64,000 nucleotides of DNA from a virus (IMGVR_UViG_3300037851_000284:155055-219054); one strand, 5' to 3'. Shown: positions 37,200 to 48,127, counted from the stretch's first letter. Translations and numbers: made by a program. Notes: generated by a model not told the origin, from the sequence alone.

Positions 37200-38723
37200 T
37201 TAATCCTCCGTTGAACTTCTATCTCTGTCGAAAAGACTGAATTTATCCTCTGTCTTTTCTGGGTTATCTGGAACCTTTGGTGGTTCCAAATTTTTGTCTG
37301 TCTGAATAGTTGTATTAACAACTTTCTTATCAGAATCTGTTATTGTTGTCGATTTATTTCTTAAATCTTCAAGAGTATCAACCAAACTTTCAATTGATCT
37401 CTTAGAATATTTATCGGTAAGAGATTGTCTCTCTTCATTATTATTATCGGTCATTTTAAGGTCAACTATGTTACCAATCACGGCATCTCTTAACTTTTTA
37501 GTTAAAATAGCATGCTCGTCTAGATATCTATTTATCTCTTCTTCTTTTTGAGTAGATATAGTTGCGGCATCAGAAATAGCCTTGTTAAGTTCTTCAATTT
37601 TCTTGGTATTAGCAGATATTGCGTCAGCGTTGGCTTTCTTAATATCCTCTAAATCCTTTTGAAGTTTTATAACAAGATCTCTAAGCTCCTCTTTCTTCAT
37701 TTTATCAATATCAGGGGTAGCTTGATCAGTAGTAGTCTTATTCTGATCCATTTGATCGGTATCATTAGCGTCTGGAAGATCTGCGTCTGGATTTTCCTTA
37801 AAGAATGTTTCCAATTCAACTCTCTGTTCTGGCGTCCAATCATCGTCTATGCCCATCAAGAGAATATCAGGATTTTCAGTAAGTTCGTCCTTTGTAGGAC
37901 CAATACCATATCTTTTACCTTTTCTATAAAGACATGCCTTAATCTTAGCCTTAGTTGCATCTGAAAATTTTGAACGATTCAGAAGTCTTAGACCAGCAGT
38001 TACATGAGCTTTATCGTGAGCAGGAAAAGACCTTCCAGGACCGCAAAATGCGCTTTCAGATAGTTTATTTCTCGCCTCAGTACTAAGTTTGGCGTCTGTC
38101 TGTGTTGCCATGCAATCCTCCAATTTTAACTCTGCTAAAAGAGATTTCCGGTTATCTAGAAAGTTCTGGTATGGAACCCATCCATTACCAAAATTTATTT
38201 CTTCTATACCGGCGTACTCATCTGCAGGTTCGTTAACAAAAGAATCTTCTACGTATTCTATCTCATCAATAACCCAATGAATCAGGTCGCCTTTATCGTT
38301 ATAAGATCCTTTTTTATGATCACAAAGACCTTCTTCCGTAATAACCTGTCCGCATTCGCTGCAAATTACCTTAGATGATTTAGATCCCACGGATACGGTA
38401 TTAAATCTGCCATCTAATATCTTTTCTATGGAGTCTTTATCTGTTATTCTTGCGGTAAGTCTTACGTAATTGGGAGGTTCGTTGAAAGAAGATTTTTGGT
38501 TCTTTATTATTTCATAATTTATAACTCTTCCGATAGGAGAAGAATTTTTATCATGTCCAACTAATTGAGGTTTATTATAAGGAGTAGTCCATGTTGGAGA
38601 TCCTTTTTTAATAGCTTTTTCTGTATATTTTACTGCGTTCCTATTTATAAAAGGTTCAAAATGGGTAGCCTTAATTTTAATATCTATTGAGTCAGGTATG
38701 TTTTTCATCGAGTCGATTTTCAC
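37200..38723 (-). CDS. Prohead protease fused to scaffold
   Basis: KPQLVGHD...PIGRV, RFNTVSVG, EDSFVNEPAD protease motifs; C-terminal coiled coil. Confidence 0.82.
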   Translation of the reverse strand: MKIDSMKNIPDSIDIKIKATHFEPFINRNAVKYTEKAIKKGSPTWTTPYNKPQLVGHDKNSSPIGRVINYEIIKNQKSSFNEPPNYVRLTARITDKDSIEKILDGRFNTVSVGSKSSKVICSECGQVITEEGLCDHKKGSYNDKGDLIHWVIDEIEYVEDSFVNEPADEYAGIEEINFGNGWVPYQNFLDNRKSLLAELKLEDCMATQTDAKLSTEARNKLSESAFCGPGRSFPAHDKAHVTAGLRLLNRSKFSDATKAKIKACLYRKGKRYGIGPTKDELTENPDILLMGIDDDWTPEQRVELETFFKENPDADLPDANDTDQMDQNKTTTDQATPDIDKMKKEELRDLVIKLQKDLEDIKKANADAISANTKKIEELNKAISDAATISTQKEEEINRYLDEHAILTKKLRDAVIGNIVDLKMTDNNNEERQSLTDKYSKRSIESLVDTLEDLRNKSTTITDSDKKVVNTTIQTDKNLEPPKVPDNPEKTEDKFSLFDRDRSSTED

Positions 38724-40836
38724 TTACGGAACATTTACATTGATATCCAAAAGGAGGTATTTTCGAATAATCCAAGTTGGATAAATCTATATTAACGTCA
38801 GAATGCTTATCACAATTTTCTGACGTAATTAGTATAGTCTTAACATCTAATGACTTATATACCAAAATTTTAGCCAGATTACAAATCCGGTCAGATTGTT
38901 CATCTAAAAACTTCTTGGTTTGTGAACTAAATAAGTCCAATCTTTCACTGTCTTCAAGTATTCTAGATGCTCTATCTACTTTATCCTCAATAAGTAAGAA
39001 GAGTCCTGAAAAATATTTATCTATTATGCTTCTATCTAAATTAACGCTATCAATATGATAAAAGTTCTTGATAGTATTTATAGTATAATCCAATTCATCA
39101 CTAAATTGTTGTTCTATATCTGTTTCTAATGATTTGGAGAAAGAGTCTTTATTAAAAAGACTTAATCCGTCAAAAATGTTATCAGCGGAGTTTTTAACGT
39201 ATTTAGGTCTTGTCGCCTTACCGTGCTGATTGGCTGGAGCTACTTTATTACTAGTAGACTTAGCGGCCTTTGAAGGACCTATAACTTTATGGTGTATCTT
39301 AGTAATAGAATGGCCACCGGTTCCAGGTTTAGGTAGGGCTTGTGTCGCTCCTGCTTTCTCTCCACCAGCAGAAGGAGCAGGTTTCATCTTAGCTAATTTA
39401 ATCTGTGTATCAGCGTTTAGTTGAGCAACTTCCATTTGTAGTTTTCTAGTTGCGTCTATTTTTGGGATATCAACTAATCTTAAGAATGTATCATTATCCT
39501 TTATATTATTATCATAATCCATTTCGTTTCTGGATTCTGTTCTTGTAATAAGATTATTCTGCCATTTAGCTATTATATGAGTTTCATATTTTATTTGAGT
39601 TTCAATATCTATTTCTGGGAATTTTAATTCTGCTTCGTCGTCTATATCCTTGAATCCACCATCTAATAAGAATTCTTTAAATAATTCTGTTTCAGCTTTA
39701 GTCTTAATTATATTCTGAAAAGATTTAGTAGTGGTTTGCATTGCCAAGTCAGATACTTGGGCCGTGTTTCTGTTACTACTATCACTCTCTCCCATAGCTA
39801 CTGGAGACACAGCAAGACCAGCAAATATTCTCTTTTTAAAATGTTCTACATATTTAATAATATCTATAGTAGAATTAGCATTAGCTGGAACAGATATATC
39901 GTGGTGTCCAGGAACAACTAACATACCATAAGCTGGCATATTAGCAACAGATACGCTTACTTCAGCTACTTCTCCTGGAGCAGCCGGTATATCTTTATTA
40001 CCAACCTTATATAAATATAAAGGAATACTATATTGAAACCCTAATATTTCAATCTCTTCTTCTAATTTTCTAAGAGCTCGAACGTCATCTAGAATAGGTA
40101 TAATATTAGACATACCAGTAAGGGTTCCAGGAATCCTATTATAAGCAAAGTGTATTACATCTCTCTCGTCCCACTCCCTCATTTCTCCCCTGATTTCCTG
40201 TTTATAAGTGGTTATCTCTCCGTCGTTATTTAATCCAATTTGCATAGTGGACGCATCTGCTACAAATAGTCCTACTATAGGGTTTAGATTTTTACCATAT
40301 ATTCTAATAGGTTTACCAAATTTACTCGTTTTATCTCCGCGCACTTTTATAACATACGCGTTTCCATATGTAACTAATTGCGTAGCAATTAGAGTCAATA
40401 AATCTCTAAATGATACACCTGTAAAATTTTGTATCTCTTTGAGTCTTCTATATATATGTTTTTGTATTTTATCGTTACGCGAATTGATTTCAACCCAGTT
40501 TTTTAGTATCTGTTCTACGTATATATTAACATATCGTCTTAAAATTCCGTCTAACTGGATGGCGTTGGCTAAGATAGGAAGATCGTATTCTGAAGGAGCA
40601 TAAGAAACGTTTCGTCTATTAATCTGTGTTTTAAATACTCTGGTAATATGAACAGGGCCATAGAATTTAGCAGTCGGATCTTCTATATCTCTTTTATCTA
40701 TTATCTTACCGGTGGCTGTAATATTCTGATCGTCCTTTAGAGTTTCATTTTGAGGATATTCTATTGCTTTTTTAAACGGCTGTGAAAAAATTTTGAATAA
40801 ATTCATTAAATCCTTGACCTTATATCTAAAATCCAA
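38692..40836 (-). CDS. Portal protein (start probably MNLFK near 40806)
   Basis: QLVTYGNAYV, DVIHFAY...GTLTGMS, AGLAVSP..MG, AELKFPEID; lies between terminase and protease. Confidence 0.85.
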   Translation of the reverse strand: MDFRYKVKDLMNLFKIFSQPFKKAIEYPQNETLKDDQNITATGKIIDKRDIEDPTAKFYGPVHITRVFKTQINRRNVSYAPSEYDLPILANAIQLDGILRRYVNIYVEQILKNWVEINSRNDKIQKHIYRRLKEIQNFTGVSFRDLLTLIATQLVTYGNAYVIKVRGDKTSKFGKPIRIYGKNLNPIVGLFVADASTMQIGLNNDGEITTYKQEIRGEMREWDERDVIHFAYNRIPGTLTGMSNIIPILDDVRALRKLEEEIEILGFQYSIPLYLYKVGNKDIPAAPGEVAEVSVSVANMPAYGMLVVPGHHDISVPANANSTIDIIKYVEHFKKRIFAGLAVSPVAMGESDSSNRNTAQVSDLAMQTTTKSFQNIIKTKAETELFKEFLLDGGFKDIDDEAELKFPEIDIETQIKYETHIIAKWQNNLITRTESRNEMDYDNNIKDNDTFLRLVDIPKIDATRKLQMEVAQLNADTQIKLAKMKPAPSAGGEKAGATQALPKPGTGGHSITKIHHKVIGPSKAAKSTSNKVAPANQHGKATRPKYVKNSADNIFDGLSLFNKDSFSKSLETDIEQQFSDELDYTINTIKNFYHIDSVNLDRSIIDKYFSGLFLLIEDKVDRASRILEDSERLDLFSSQTKKFLDEQSDRICNLAKILVYKSLDVKTILITSENCDKHSDVNIDLSNLDYSKIPPFGYQCKCSVSENRLDEKHT

Positions 40837-42035
40837 CGAAGGGTTTCTTCCGCAGTTGGAGTATTAGCACATCTATCTGTTATGTTTGAAGTGCTTGATG
40901 TTACTACTGTTCCTTGTATATGATCTTCAGAAGTTCCTCGGGTAATAGTATTATCTATTACATCATAAGGAATATTATATTCGTTGTGGATAAAATCTCT
41001 CAAAAAGCTATTAGATAACTTCGGTATCCATGATCCGTTATCTGATACCGTCTTATCTTTATCTATTAGGATAGTACCATCAGATCCAATTATGTAACCC
41101 TGATACTCTTTAGGGTCTGTTTTTGTATCTTCCGGAGTCACAACATCATCTACGGTAGCAGTTCTAGGCTTATATACTTGAGGAGTCTTATTAGCCTGAG
41201 TATCTGGACTAACTGCTGGTTTAAATTCATAATCCACGCAAAGGTCAAAATTTATTGTGGCTCTCTTTAGTTTTATAAATAAGTCTCTTAACCAATATAA
41301 GAACTCTAGATCCTTAGCTAATGCTGGGAGTTGTACTCCTACTTTTAATTGTTTATTTAGGCCACCTATATGACCTTTAATTTTTTCAAATATTTCAGAT
41401 AAGAGACCATGATCGTGGAAATATTTTTTAAATATATTAAGCATTTGTTGTAAAGGCAAACACTTAGACCAAGTTCTTTCCTTGTCTATATTTAACCATT
41501 CTAAAATAACTTTAATCAAAGAATTTCTTAAGGCGAAACAGGTTTCTTGTAATAATAATAAAATTACCCCTAAAATAGCAATAGATATCTCTTTAAGAAG
41601 GTCTGGTATAAAAAACACAATCTTTTGCATATCTTCCTTAAGAAAGATTATCATAAAATCCAGATATGCTATAAGACTGTCTAGAAATTTAGCAAACCCT
41701 GTGTCGGCTATAGAAAGTTGTGGTTTAATATGTAAATCTGGGTGTTGTACTATATATGCCGCCCATATTCCTTGTATAAGACAGCATAGAACTTGAGGAT
41801 CATCAAGCCATGATATTAGCACAGAGATCATATCGTTAGCCATGGCTTTTAATATTGGTTTGTCTATATTTTTATCATACTCTGATAATAACATTATCCT
41901 TTTTCTTAACTCCTGAGCAGGGGTTCCAGTTGTAAGATTAAGAATAGAAGGATTCTCTATCTTATCAAATAGATTCTTTACTCCAGTAGAAAATTGGTCT
42001 ACATCAAGTTGAGAATTAGGATTTTTTTGTTCCAT
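40806..42035 (-). CDS. Hypothetical protein
   Basis: 409-aa helical ORF between terminase and portal. Confidence 0.65.
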   Translation of the reverse strand: MEQKNPNSQLDVDQFSTGVKNLFDKIENPSILNLTTGTPAQELRKRIMLLSEYDKNIDKPILKAMANDMISVLISWLDDPQVLCCLIQGIWAAYIVQHPDLHIKPQLSIADTGFAKFLDSLIAYLDFMIIFLKEDMQKIVFFIPDLLKEISIAILGVILLLLQETCFALRNSLIKVILEWLNIDKERTWSKCLPLQQMLNIFKKYFHDHGLLSEIFEKIKGHIGGLNKQLKVGVQLPALAKDLEFLYWLRDLFIKLKRATINFDLCVDYEFKPAVSPDTQANKTPQVYKPRTATVDDVVTPEDTKTDPKEYQGYIIGSDGTILIDKDKTVSDNGSWIPKLSNSFLRDFIHNEYNIPYDVIDNTITRGTSEDHIQGTVVTSSTSNITDRCANTPTAEETLRWILDIRSRI

Positions 42036-42261
42036 TTTTCTTTCCTGCTTCGGTAATCTTATCTACATCAGGATTATTATATCTAAAAGCATAAATACTA
42101 TCTTTATGCTCTTCTGTTTTTTTCTTAAATTCTTTAGTTCTGTCATCATCCACTAATACGCGACATTGAAACTTTTCAAATTCTAAAACTTCTCTCATCT
42201 TTTTAACTTGAGGAAGCATTAGTAGCGCACCAGCTATATAACCGTTCTTTTTAACGAACAT
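42016..42261 (-). CDS. Hypothetical protein
   Basis: 81-aa ORF overlapping both neighbours. Confidence 0.5.
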   Translation of the reverse strand: MFVKKNGYIAGALLMLPQVKKMREVLEFEKFQCRVLVDDDRTKEFKKKTEEHKDSIYAFRYNNPDVDKITEAGKKNGTKKS

Positions 42262-43456
42262 TATTGAGCCCTTTGTTAATTAAATTCTTGTATGTGCTAC
42301 CTATTCCAGGAGCAGTAAGCGCATCGCTCATTACGGCTTGCAATACTACTTGAGCAGCCTTAGCGCATTCAGGACTACAACCTAATCCTTTAGTCGTCTG
42401 GTCTTCTCCTTTAAAATCGTTAGAATTAACACAAGGAGGATTATCTCCTATATCGGTAAATATATCAGCGAGAGAAATTCCAACGTCTTTACCTATACCC
42501 TTCGGAGGACCTTCGTTATCTTCTCCGCAATCTATATCAGAATTAGTACAATTTAAGTTTAATTCCTTAGCCGGAGTGTATCTGGAATAAAATTTCCTTG
42601 GTACAGTACATAATAGAAACATTTTAAGTTTTTCAATAATTTTGTGTACAGGACCATTCTTTTCTATATGACTTTTCTTTTTTCTTTTAAATGGAACCTT
42701 TTGAAAGAAACAGAATAACGTATCAATAGGTATGGCAACAATTAATTTCAAAGGATTTAATATTACCATCTCGACCACAAATTTGGGCCAAAATTGATTC
42801 CACCATAACATAAGAATAATTTCCTGCATCATTCTTAATAAACTCTGGTTATGATTTTCTGTTATCTTATTGGATTGAATTTCTATAGGTTCTTCCACTG
42901 GAACTACTTTTATATCGGGCGTTTTAAGTTTTTTAGCAAGTCCAGCTGTTATTTCGTTACATTCCAACCAATCTCCATGAACTGTTCCATCTCCTATAAG
43001 AGCGGTTAACACAGGATCTTGTCCCATAGAAATAATAGGAAGGTAATCCATTATAGACATGGCATTATCTAGAACATCTTTAGTTATAATCCCATTCGTT
43101 GCGCCCAGTCTATTTGCTGCTTCAGCTATAGTTCCATTAGCTGGAGGAATAGCCATGTCTTTTAAATGCTCATCTATTAGGTCTTCTACTTGTTCAACCA
43201 ATCCTTCCGTTTCTGTAATGCTGTCTATTATTTTATTTAATTCGTCTTCTACTTGTCTTTGGGTTACAGGTTCTTGAGTTAGACCTTGATTAGAATCGGA
43301 TGGAACTTCTGGTCGCGTTTCTGATTGTGAGTACGCAGATGTTTGGGTGGGTTTTAATACGTGCTTAATTCTACCCAATACTTTTAATTGTTCAAGAACC
43401 TCGACAGGGATCTCTTGGTCAACAAAATCTGTTATATTAAAATGCTTGTCGGCCAT
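42251..43456 (-). CDS. Hypothetical protein
   Basis: 401-aa ORF with a hydrophobic Trp-rich middle segment and several C-terminal Cys. Confidence 0.65.
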   Translation of the reverse strand: MADKHFNITDFVDQEIPVEVLEQLKVLGRIKHVLKPTQTSAYSQSETRPEVPSDSNQGLTQEPVTQRQVEDELNKIIDSITETEGLVEQVEDLIDEHLKDMAIPPANGTIAEAANRLGATNGIITKDVLDNAMSIMDYLPIISMGQDPVLTALIGDGTVHGDWLECNEITAGLAKKLKTPDIKVVPVEEPIEIQSNKITENHNQSLLRMMQEIILMLWWNQFWPKFVVEMVILNPLKLIVAIPIDTLFCFFQKVPFKRKKKSHIEKNGPVHKIIEKLKMFLLCTVPRKFYSRYTPAKELNLNCTNSDIDCGEDNEGPPKGIGKDVGISLADIFTDIGDNPPCVNSNDFKGEDQTTKGLGCSPECAKAAQVVLQAVMSDALTAPGIGSTYKNLINKGLNNVR

Positions 43457-45275
43457 TGGATAGTCCTCTATCTAAGGATCTTCCTGTGGAAGGGATAAAT
43501 CCTCTATGTGGTTTTCTAACAGATTGGGGTTTTTCTGGGTCTCTTATGGGAGTATTATAAGTATTTCCCATTTTTCCAAATTTTATAGGAACTGGACTAT
43601 TGGCAAATGTTGGTCTCTTAGGATAAGCATATGCTCTAGGGTCTGGAAAACTCATTATTGGATAGGACACCCTACTATTTAATAATTGACCAAATTTCTG
43701 TTGAAAACCATATATTGCAAGATTGAATGCGTCTAGAATATGGTCTGGTCCTTCATATGCATATTCTCCTCTTGTAGTGATTCCTTTAACTAGATAACTT
43801 CTCATTTGACCAACTAGTCTAGATTGCGAATCTTCTTCTTTTGGAAGAATCATCATTCCTTCTTCAAGACTGATTACTGAGAAATTTACCATCAATGTTT
43901 TATTACGTTTCTTTACAGTCTGTCTTAATATATGATCATAGTGTTCAACCACAGCACCAGAATCTACTACAACAAGTTTTTGAGAAAGATTTAGATGAGG
44001 ATTAGACCTACCAAATAGAGTTAGTTCTTCTATATTAGTGTCCCCTGCTCCGTAATCGACGTATATATAATCTATTCTAAAATGTGATGCCAATCTTATA
44101 ATCTCTTGCCTAGTAAGCCTTTGGGTGGCCTCTTTGGATTTGATTCCTCTTCTATAGAATAGTCTATATTTACCAGTAAAATCGACGCTTACATCTTGTT
44201 TTTTAACATCATCGTAATACGTTACTGCTGTTGGAGTTGTACAATATTCAACTAATACAACTTGACCTCCATTAAGATAACTATTCCAATCAACTCCTAA
44301 AATATACTTATGTTCTGGGTGTTGCATAAATCCAGGATCAAATAAGTCAGGGTCACTAACATTAATAGCTCGACCATATTTAAACAGACACCTATTTATA
44401 AAATGATGTTTAAATACTCCTCCGAATTCTTCTCCGAACTCAGCTCCATATTCTCTTTCAAATATGGAACTACTGGTACTATTTTTAACCTGAAACTCAG
44501 AACTGTCTGATATTGGTATCCCTTTTTCTTTTGCCTTCTCAATACTTAACCAGTTATCGTTATCTGGGTGCCATGATTGTACATGCGAATGATACCATCC
44601 AATTTCTTTTGCCGTTGTAGCCCATTTGTAAAACTGTTCTCTTTTTCCACTAGGAGTACTGCAGACTCTAAGTCTTACATCGTGGTGGGTTGTTGTAATA
44701 GGAAATATAACTTGTTCAATTATTTCTCCTGGAATATGGTCCATTTCATCTATAAAAATCATATCAGCAGAAAGTCCTCTCAAACTAGTTCCTTGGTTTG
44801 ATGAACTTATACCAATCGTATATCCTTCTATAGTACTTCCAGGACTATCACCTTGACCTTTAAATTCTATTAGATGAACATCAGATGTTCGAACTTTAAT
44901 AACTTGTTCCATTAGTAAAGGTGAATCGCCAATTAACTGAACAAACGTATTCCATAGTTCATCAACTTGAGATTCATAAGGACAGAATACTAATATCCTA
45001 AACGGTTTCATCTTATCAGATTTTTCTTCTATCATTCTCACTAAAGGATAAGCTTGTGCCCACCATAGACAGTCTGCGTCAAAAGTTACACTCTTACCAG
45101 ATCTTCTACCCCATCTAGTAATAATATTTTTATATTGTCTAGTTTTAGTTAAAATATCCCTTTGATAGGACCTTAACTTTAATGGTTTCTCCCTATCTCG
45201 AGGGTCTTTAAGATAACTCTCGCACCATAAGACCGGATCTTGGAATGTTTTTAAAATACTCTTATTTATATCCAT
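43437..45275 (-). CDS. terL: Terminase large subunit
   Basis: Walker A RWGRRSGKS, Walker B IFIDEMD, coupling motif CSTP, nuclease ILGVDWN and DHILDA. Confidence 0.95.
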   Translation of the reverse strand: MDINKSILKTFQDPVLWCESYLKDPRDREKPLKLRSYQRDILTKTRQYKNIITRWGRRSGKSVTFDADCLWWAQAYPLVRMIEEKSDKMKPFRILVFCPYESQVDELWNTFVQLIGDSPLLMEQVIKVRTSDVHLIEFKGQGDSPGSTIEGYTIGISSSNQGTSLRGLSADMIFIDEMDHIPGEIIEQVIFPITTTHHDVRLRVCSTPSGKREQFYKWATTAKEIGWYHSHVQSWHPDNDNWLSIEKAKEKGIPISDSSEFQVKNSTSSSIFEREYGAEFGEEFGGVFKHHFINRCLFKYGRAINVSDPDLFDPGFMQHPEHKYILGVDWNSYLNGGQVVLVEYCTTPTAVTYYDDVKKQDVSVDFTGKYRLFYRRGIKSKEATQRLTRQEIIRLASHFRIDYIYVDYGAGDTNIEELTLFGRSNPHLNLSQKLVVVDSGAVVEHYDHILRQTVKKRNKTLMVNFSVISLEEGMMILPKEEDSQSRLVGQMRSYLVKGITTRGEYAYEGPDHILDAFNLAIYGFQQKFGQLLNSRVSYPIMSFPDPRAYAYPKRPTFANSPVPIKFGKMGNTYNTPIRDPEKPQSVRKPHRGFIPSTGRSLDRGLSNGRQAF

Positions 45276-45409
45276 ATATTTATTCTTTGGATAACATCTG
45301 TACTACAATTAAATTCTTTGGATATTTTATATAAAGATAATGTAGAAACTTTTAATAGTTCTATTACTTCAATTTCTTGTAATTTATTTAAGATTTTATT
45401 ATTAGGCAT
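45266..45409 (-). CDS. 47-aa helix-turn-helix mini-protein overlapping the terL start
   Basis: Manual translation MPNNKILNKLQEIEVIELLKVSTLSLYKISKEFNCSTDVIQRINIWI*; fills the gap exactly; below the track size cut-off. Confidence 0.6.
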   Translation of the reverse strand: MPNNKILNKLQEIEVIELLKVSTLSLYKISKEFNCSTDVIQRINIWI

Positions 45410-45411
45410 AA

Positions 45412-46320
45412 TTAAGAATAATATAAACTTTCCTGACCAAGAGCGCTACGACCATTAATGTATGCTTTGGATATTGCTTGTATAGCTCTTTGTCTCTCCG
45501 TGGCTGCCCCATAACTTAAATAACTAGCTTGTAATTTACCTCCCATTTCAGGCATAAATCTCTGTTGATATTCTGTAGCTAAGTTATTAAGAGCATTAAA
45601 ACCAGCCTGAGCTAATGGACCAGCTACATCCAAAGCAAATAATGCTATTCCTACTCCAGTTCCTATTTTAGAAGCCCGTAAACCCCATCTCGTAAGAGCA
45701 GCATATTTTACTTTTCTTGTTATTCCGTGCTGAATAGGAATCTCAGTAGAAGTACCATACATAGTAGGAAAAGAATAAGTGGATTCTTTTATTCCCTTTT
45801 GAGCATTAGTCCAAGCCTTTTTTATAAATTGTCTTTCGTATTTTCCTTCTTTTCCAGCAAGACTTGGATCAAAAGCTCCCCTATAAACATATAGTCCGCG
45901 TTTTAAGCTTGTTTTAAATTGTTTTTTTGTAGCTGGAACTGCGTAACTAGCTTGAATATGTTCTGTTAAAATTCTATGTTCCTTACCAAGAGGACCCAAC
46001 CTCCATAATGCTCCAGGAATTCTAGATGGTTTAAATGTGGTTCTTACGCTTGCTATTTCTTCAAATCCTCCATAGAAACTTTTTGTTCTAATCTTAAATG
46101 GTTCTTTATATATTATTTTACTAAATTCCTTTTGCCATACTGCTTTCTTAGTTTCAAATGGAGTCCATATACCTTTAGTTTTACTATATGTTCCAGGCCA
46201 ATAAGCATAAGGATACAAATAAGTCGTAGGATTCAGTGACATCTTTGCCACTTCTCCGACCATTTGTCCGATAGTCTGTTGTTTTTCCTGTGAATATGGG
46301 TCGTAGTTTATATCAGGCAT
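45412..46320 (-). CDS. Hypothetical basic protein with a hydrophobic helix
   Basis: 302 aa, Lys-rich, IGTGVGIALFALDVAG segment. Confidence 0.6.
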   Translation of the reverse strand: MPDINYDPYSQEKQQTIGQMVGEVAKMSLNPTTYLYPYAYWPGTYSKTKGIWTPFETKKAVWQKEFSKIIYKEPFKIRTKSFYGGFEEIASVRTTFKPSRIPGALWRLGPLGKEHRILTEHIQASYAVPATKKQFKTSLKRGLYVYRGAFDPSLAGKEGKYERQFIKKAWTNAQKGIKESTYSFPTMYGTSTEIPIQHGITRKVKYAALTRWGLRASKIGTGVGIALFALDVAGPLAQAGFNALNNLATEYQQRFMPEMGGKLQASYLSYGAATERQRAIQAISKAYINGRSALGQESLYYS

Positions 46321-46868
46321 TAGTTATGTTTTCCCATTATAACCGGATTTGGTAAGGACGTTAAAGAAGATTTATATCTTCCTCCAACTGGAACTCTAGT
46401 TTTACTGAGAACACCATTAGAAAGAGACATTCTTTCCATTACTTCTACAAACTTTCCGGTTCCAGCCATTTTTAATCCCATGGTAATCATAGCTCCAAGT
46501 AATCCTTTCCCTTTGGCTAATCTTTTAACCATAGGAGAAGAATTAATAGGCCTAGGAATAGATTTATTTATATATCTTTTTATAAAACTTCTTTTTCTAG
46601 GTTTCATCGTAAGATGAGCGTTTGATACCTCGACTGCGGTTCTTTTATTAGTTTGGTCTCTTAGCCAGCCTTGTTGCATCAAATTTAAGGCATCGTCAGG
46701 AGATTCTGCAAGTCTGAATACCCTATTCCTAGAAGCTTGTCTTCTATCCGTAATATAGTTCTCTTTTCCTCCAGTTGTCCATTTATAAAATGACCCATAA
46801 TTGGACAATTTAGGAGCGGTTGGAGTTAGAGGTTTCACCCAATAAGATTTTTTTTCAGTAATATTCAT
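46320..46868 (-). CDS. Hypothetical basic protein
   Basis: 182 aa, stop/start coupled to its neighbours. Confidence 0.55.
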   Translation of the reverse strand: MNITEKKSYWVKPLTPTAPKLSNYGSFYKWTTGGKENYITDRRQASRNRVFRLAESPDDALNLMQQGWLRDQTNKRTAVEVSNAHLTMKPRKRSFIKRYINKSIPRPINSSPMVKRLAKGKGLLGAMITMGLKMAGTGKFVEVMERMSLSNGVLSKTRVPVGGRYKSSLTSLPNPVIMGKHN

Positions 46869-46869
46869 T

Positions 46870-47466
46870 TTAATATCTATTATGTCTTATTGCGTTTTTA
46901 TTCAAGAATAACGCGGCGTTTCTATTAATAATGTTAGAAACGTTAGTAATAGTTCCTTTTCTTACACTAGAATAATACGGTGTAATGACTTTGCTGGCTG
47001 TTTTCAATAAATTAACCGGAGAACCAAAGTCTGTTAGCGTTTCCTCCATTAAGTCATATCCTCTATCATATTTTTTAGGTATTGGTGTAGGAGTATAACC
47101 ACCAACGGCTTTTTCTATCAAAGAGAGAGCTATCATTCCGCCAATTGAAAACATAGATTTTTTAAACCATTTATTTTTAAATAGTTTAGTAAGGTTTTCT
47201 CCGGCTTTAGCTCCTTCAAATAATTTTCTAGCCTTATTAGATATAGTAGAAACATTTAAATTATTAGCTAAGGCGGGCTTGCTCTCTTTAATAGCATTAT
47301 CCCTAAATTCCTTGAAACTTTTATTAGGAGTATTATCTAAATTTTTAGGAACGGTATTAGCATTAGCAATAAAATGTCTAGTGGAAGATAAAGAACCAAT
47401 TTGTTCACAAGTTACTTTGCTTAATAATTTATTTAAGTTTTTTTGATAACTAGTCTTCTTCGACAT
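46870..47466 (-). CDS. Hypothetical basic protein
   Basis: 198 aa with one hydrophobic segment (MFSIGGMIALSLI). Confidence 0.55.
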   Translation of the reverse strand: MSKKTSYQKNLNKLLSKVTCEQIGSLSSTRHFIANANTVPKNLDNTPNKSFKEFRDNAIKESKPALANNLNVSTISNKARKLFEGAKAGENLTKLFKNKWFKKSMFSIGGMIALSLIEKAVGGYTPTPIPKKYDRGYDLMEETLTDFGSPVNLLKTASKVITPYYSSVRKGTITNVSNIINRNAALFLNKNAIRHNRY

Positions 47467-48103
47467 TAGATGCGGCCTCTCTTATCATTTGTTCGACAGA
47501 TTTACTGTCGTTTTGCATTCCATATTTCTTCTTAGCTCTACGGGATGCCACGAACGCATCTATTATACTATGTTTTAATTTTTTAAGCTCTATTTTTGCT
47601 TCTATATTAGGAGATAACTCTTGTCTTGTTACTACTGACTGTTGACCGAGTTTTTGTTCCACGGTTTGCGTTAACAGACCATCTTTAAGGGCACCACTAG
47701 ACCTCATGTCTAACAGTTTAGCATCTATAAGATCCCAAAGCAATTCCATCTCAATCGGATTGTTTCTATCTATATCTAGGGTTTTAATAATGTCGCATTC
47801 CATTTCTAAAACAACTTTCTTCTCAATTGGGCACGCTGCTCCTATCGGAGCTATCTCGTTCTTAAATAGCACGCATATTTCCTTATAAATACAATTTTCT
47901 GTACATTTCATTAACATCGTATTTACGGAAACACTAGCTGTAGCTAATTCTAAATTCTTGGATATACCAGCCAGCTTTTCTTTATTGTTTAGCAATAAAG
48001 GAGCGAATTCTGGTGGATACACTTGTAATAACGCAAATATATCCGGATGGTCTTTCTCTAGAATAGCTAATTCTTGGCTATTGGTTAGATCTCGTAAATT
48101 CAT
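47450..48103 (-). CDS. Hypothetical Cys-cluster protein (possible terminase small subunit)
   Basis: C-x3-C-x4-C...C cluster and helical C-terminus; function inferred only from being upstream of terL. Confidence 0.35.
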   Translation of the reverse strand: MNLRDLTNSQELAILEKDHPDIFALLQVYPPEFAPLLLNNKEKLAGISKNLELATASVSVNTMLMKCTENCIYKEICVLFKNEIAPIGAACPIEKKVVLEMECDIIKTLDIDRNNPIEMELLWDLIDAKLLDMRSSGALKDGLLTQTVEQKLGQQSVVTRQELSPNIEAKIELKKLKHSIIDAFVASRRAKKKYGMQNDSKSVEQMIREAASNVEED

Positions 48104-48127
48104 AAAACCTCCCTTAGGTTTATTTAG

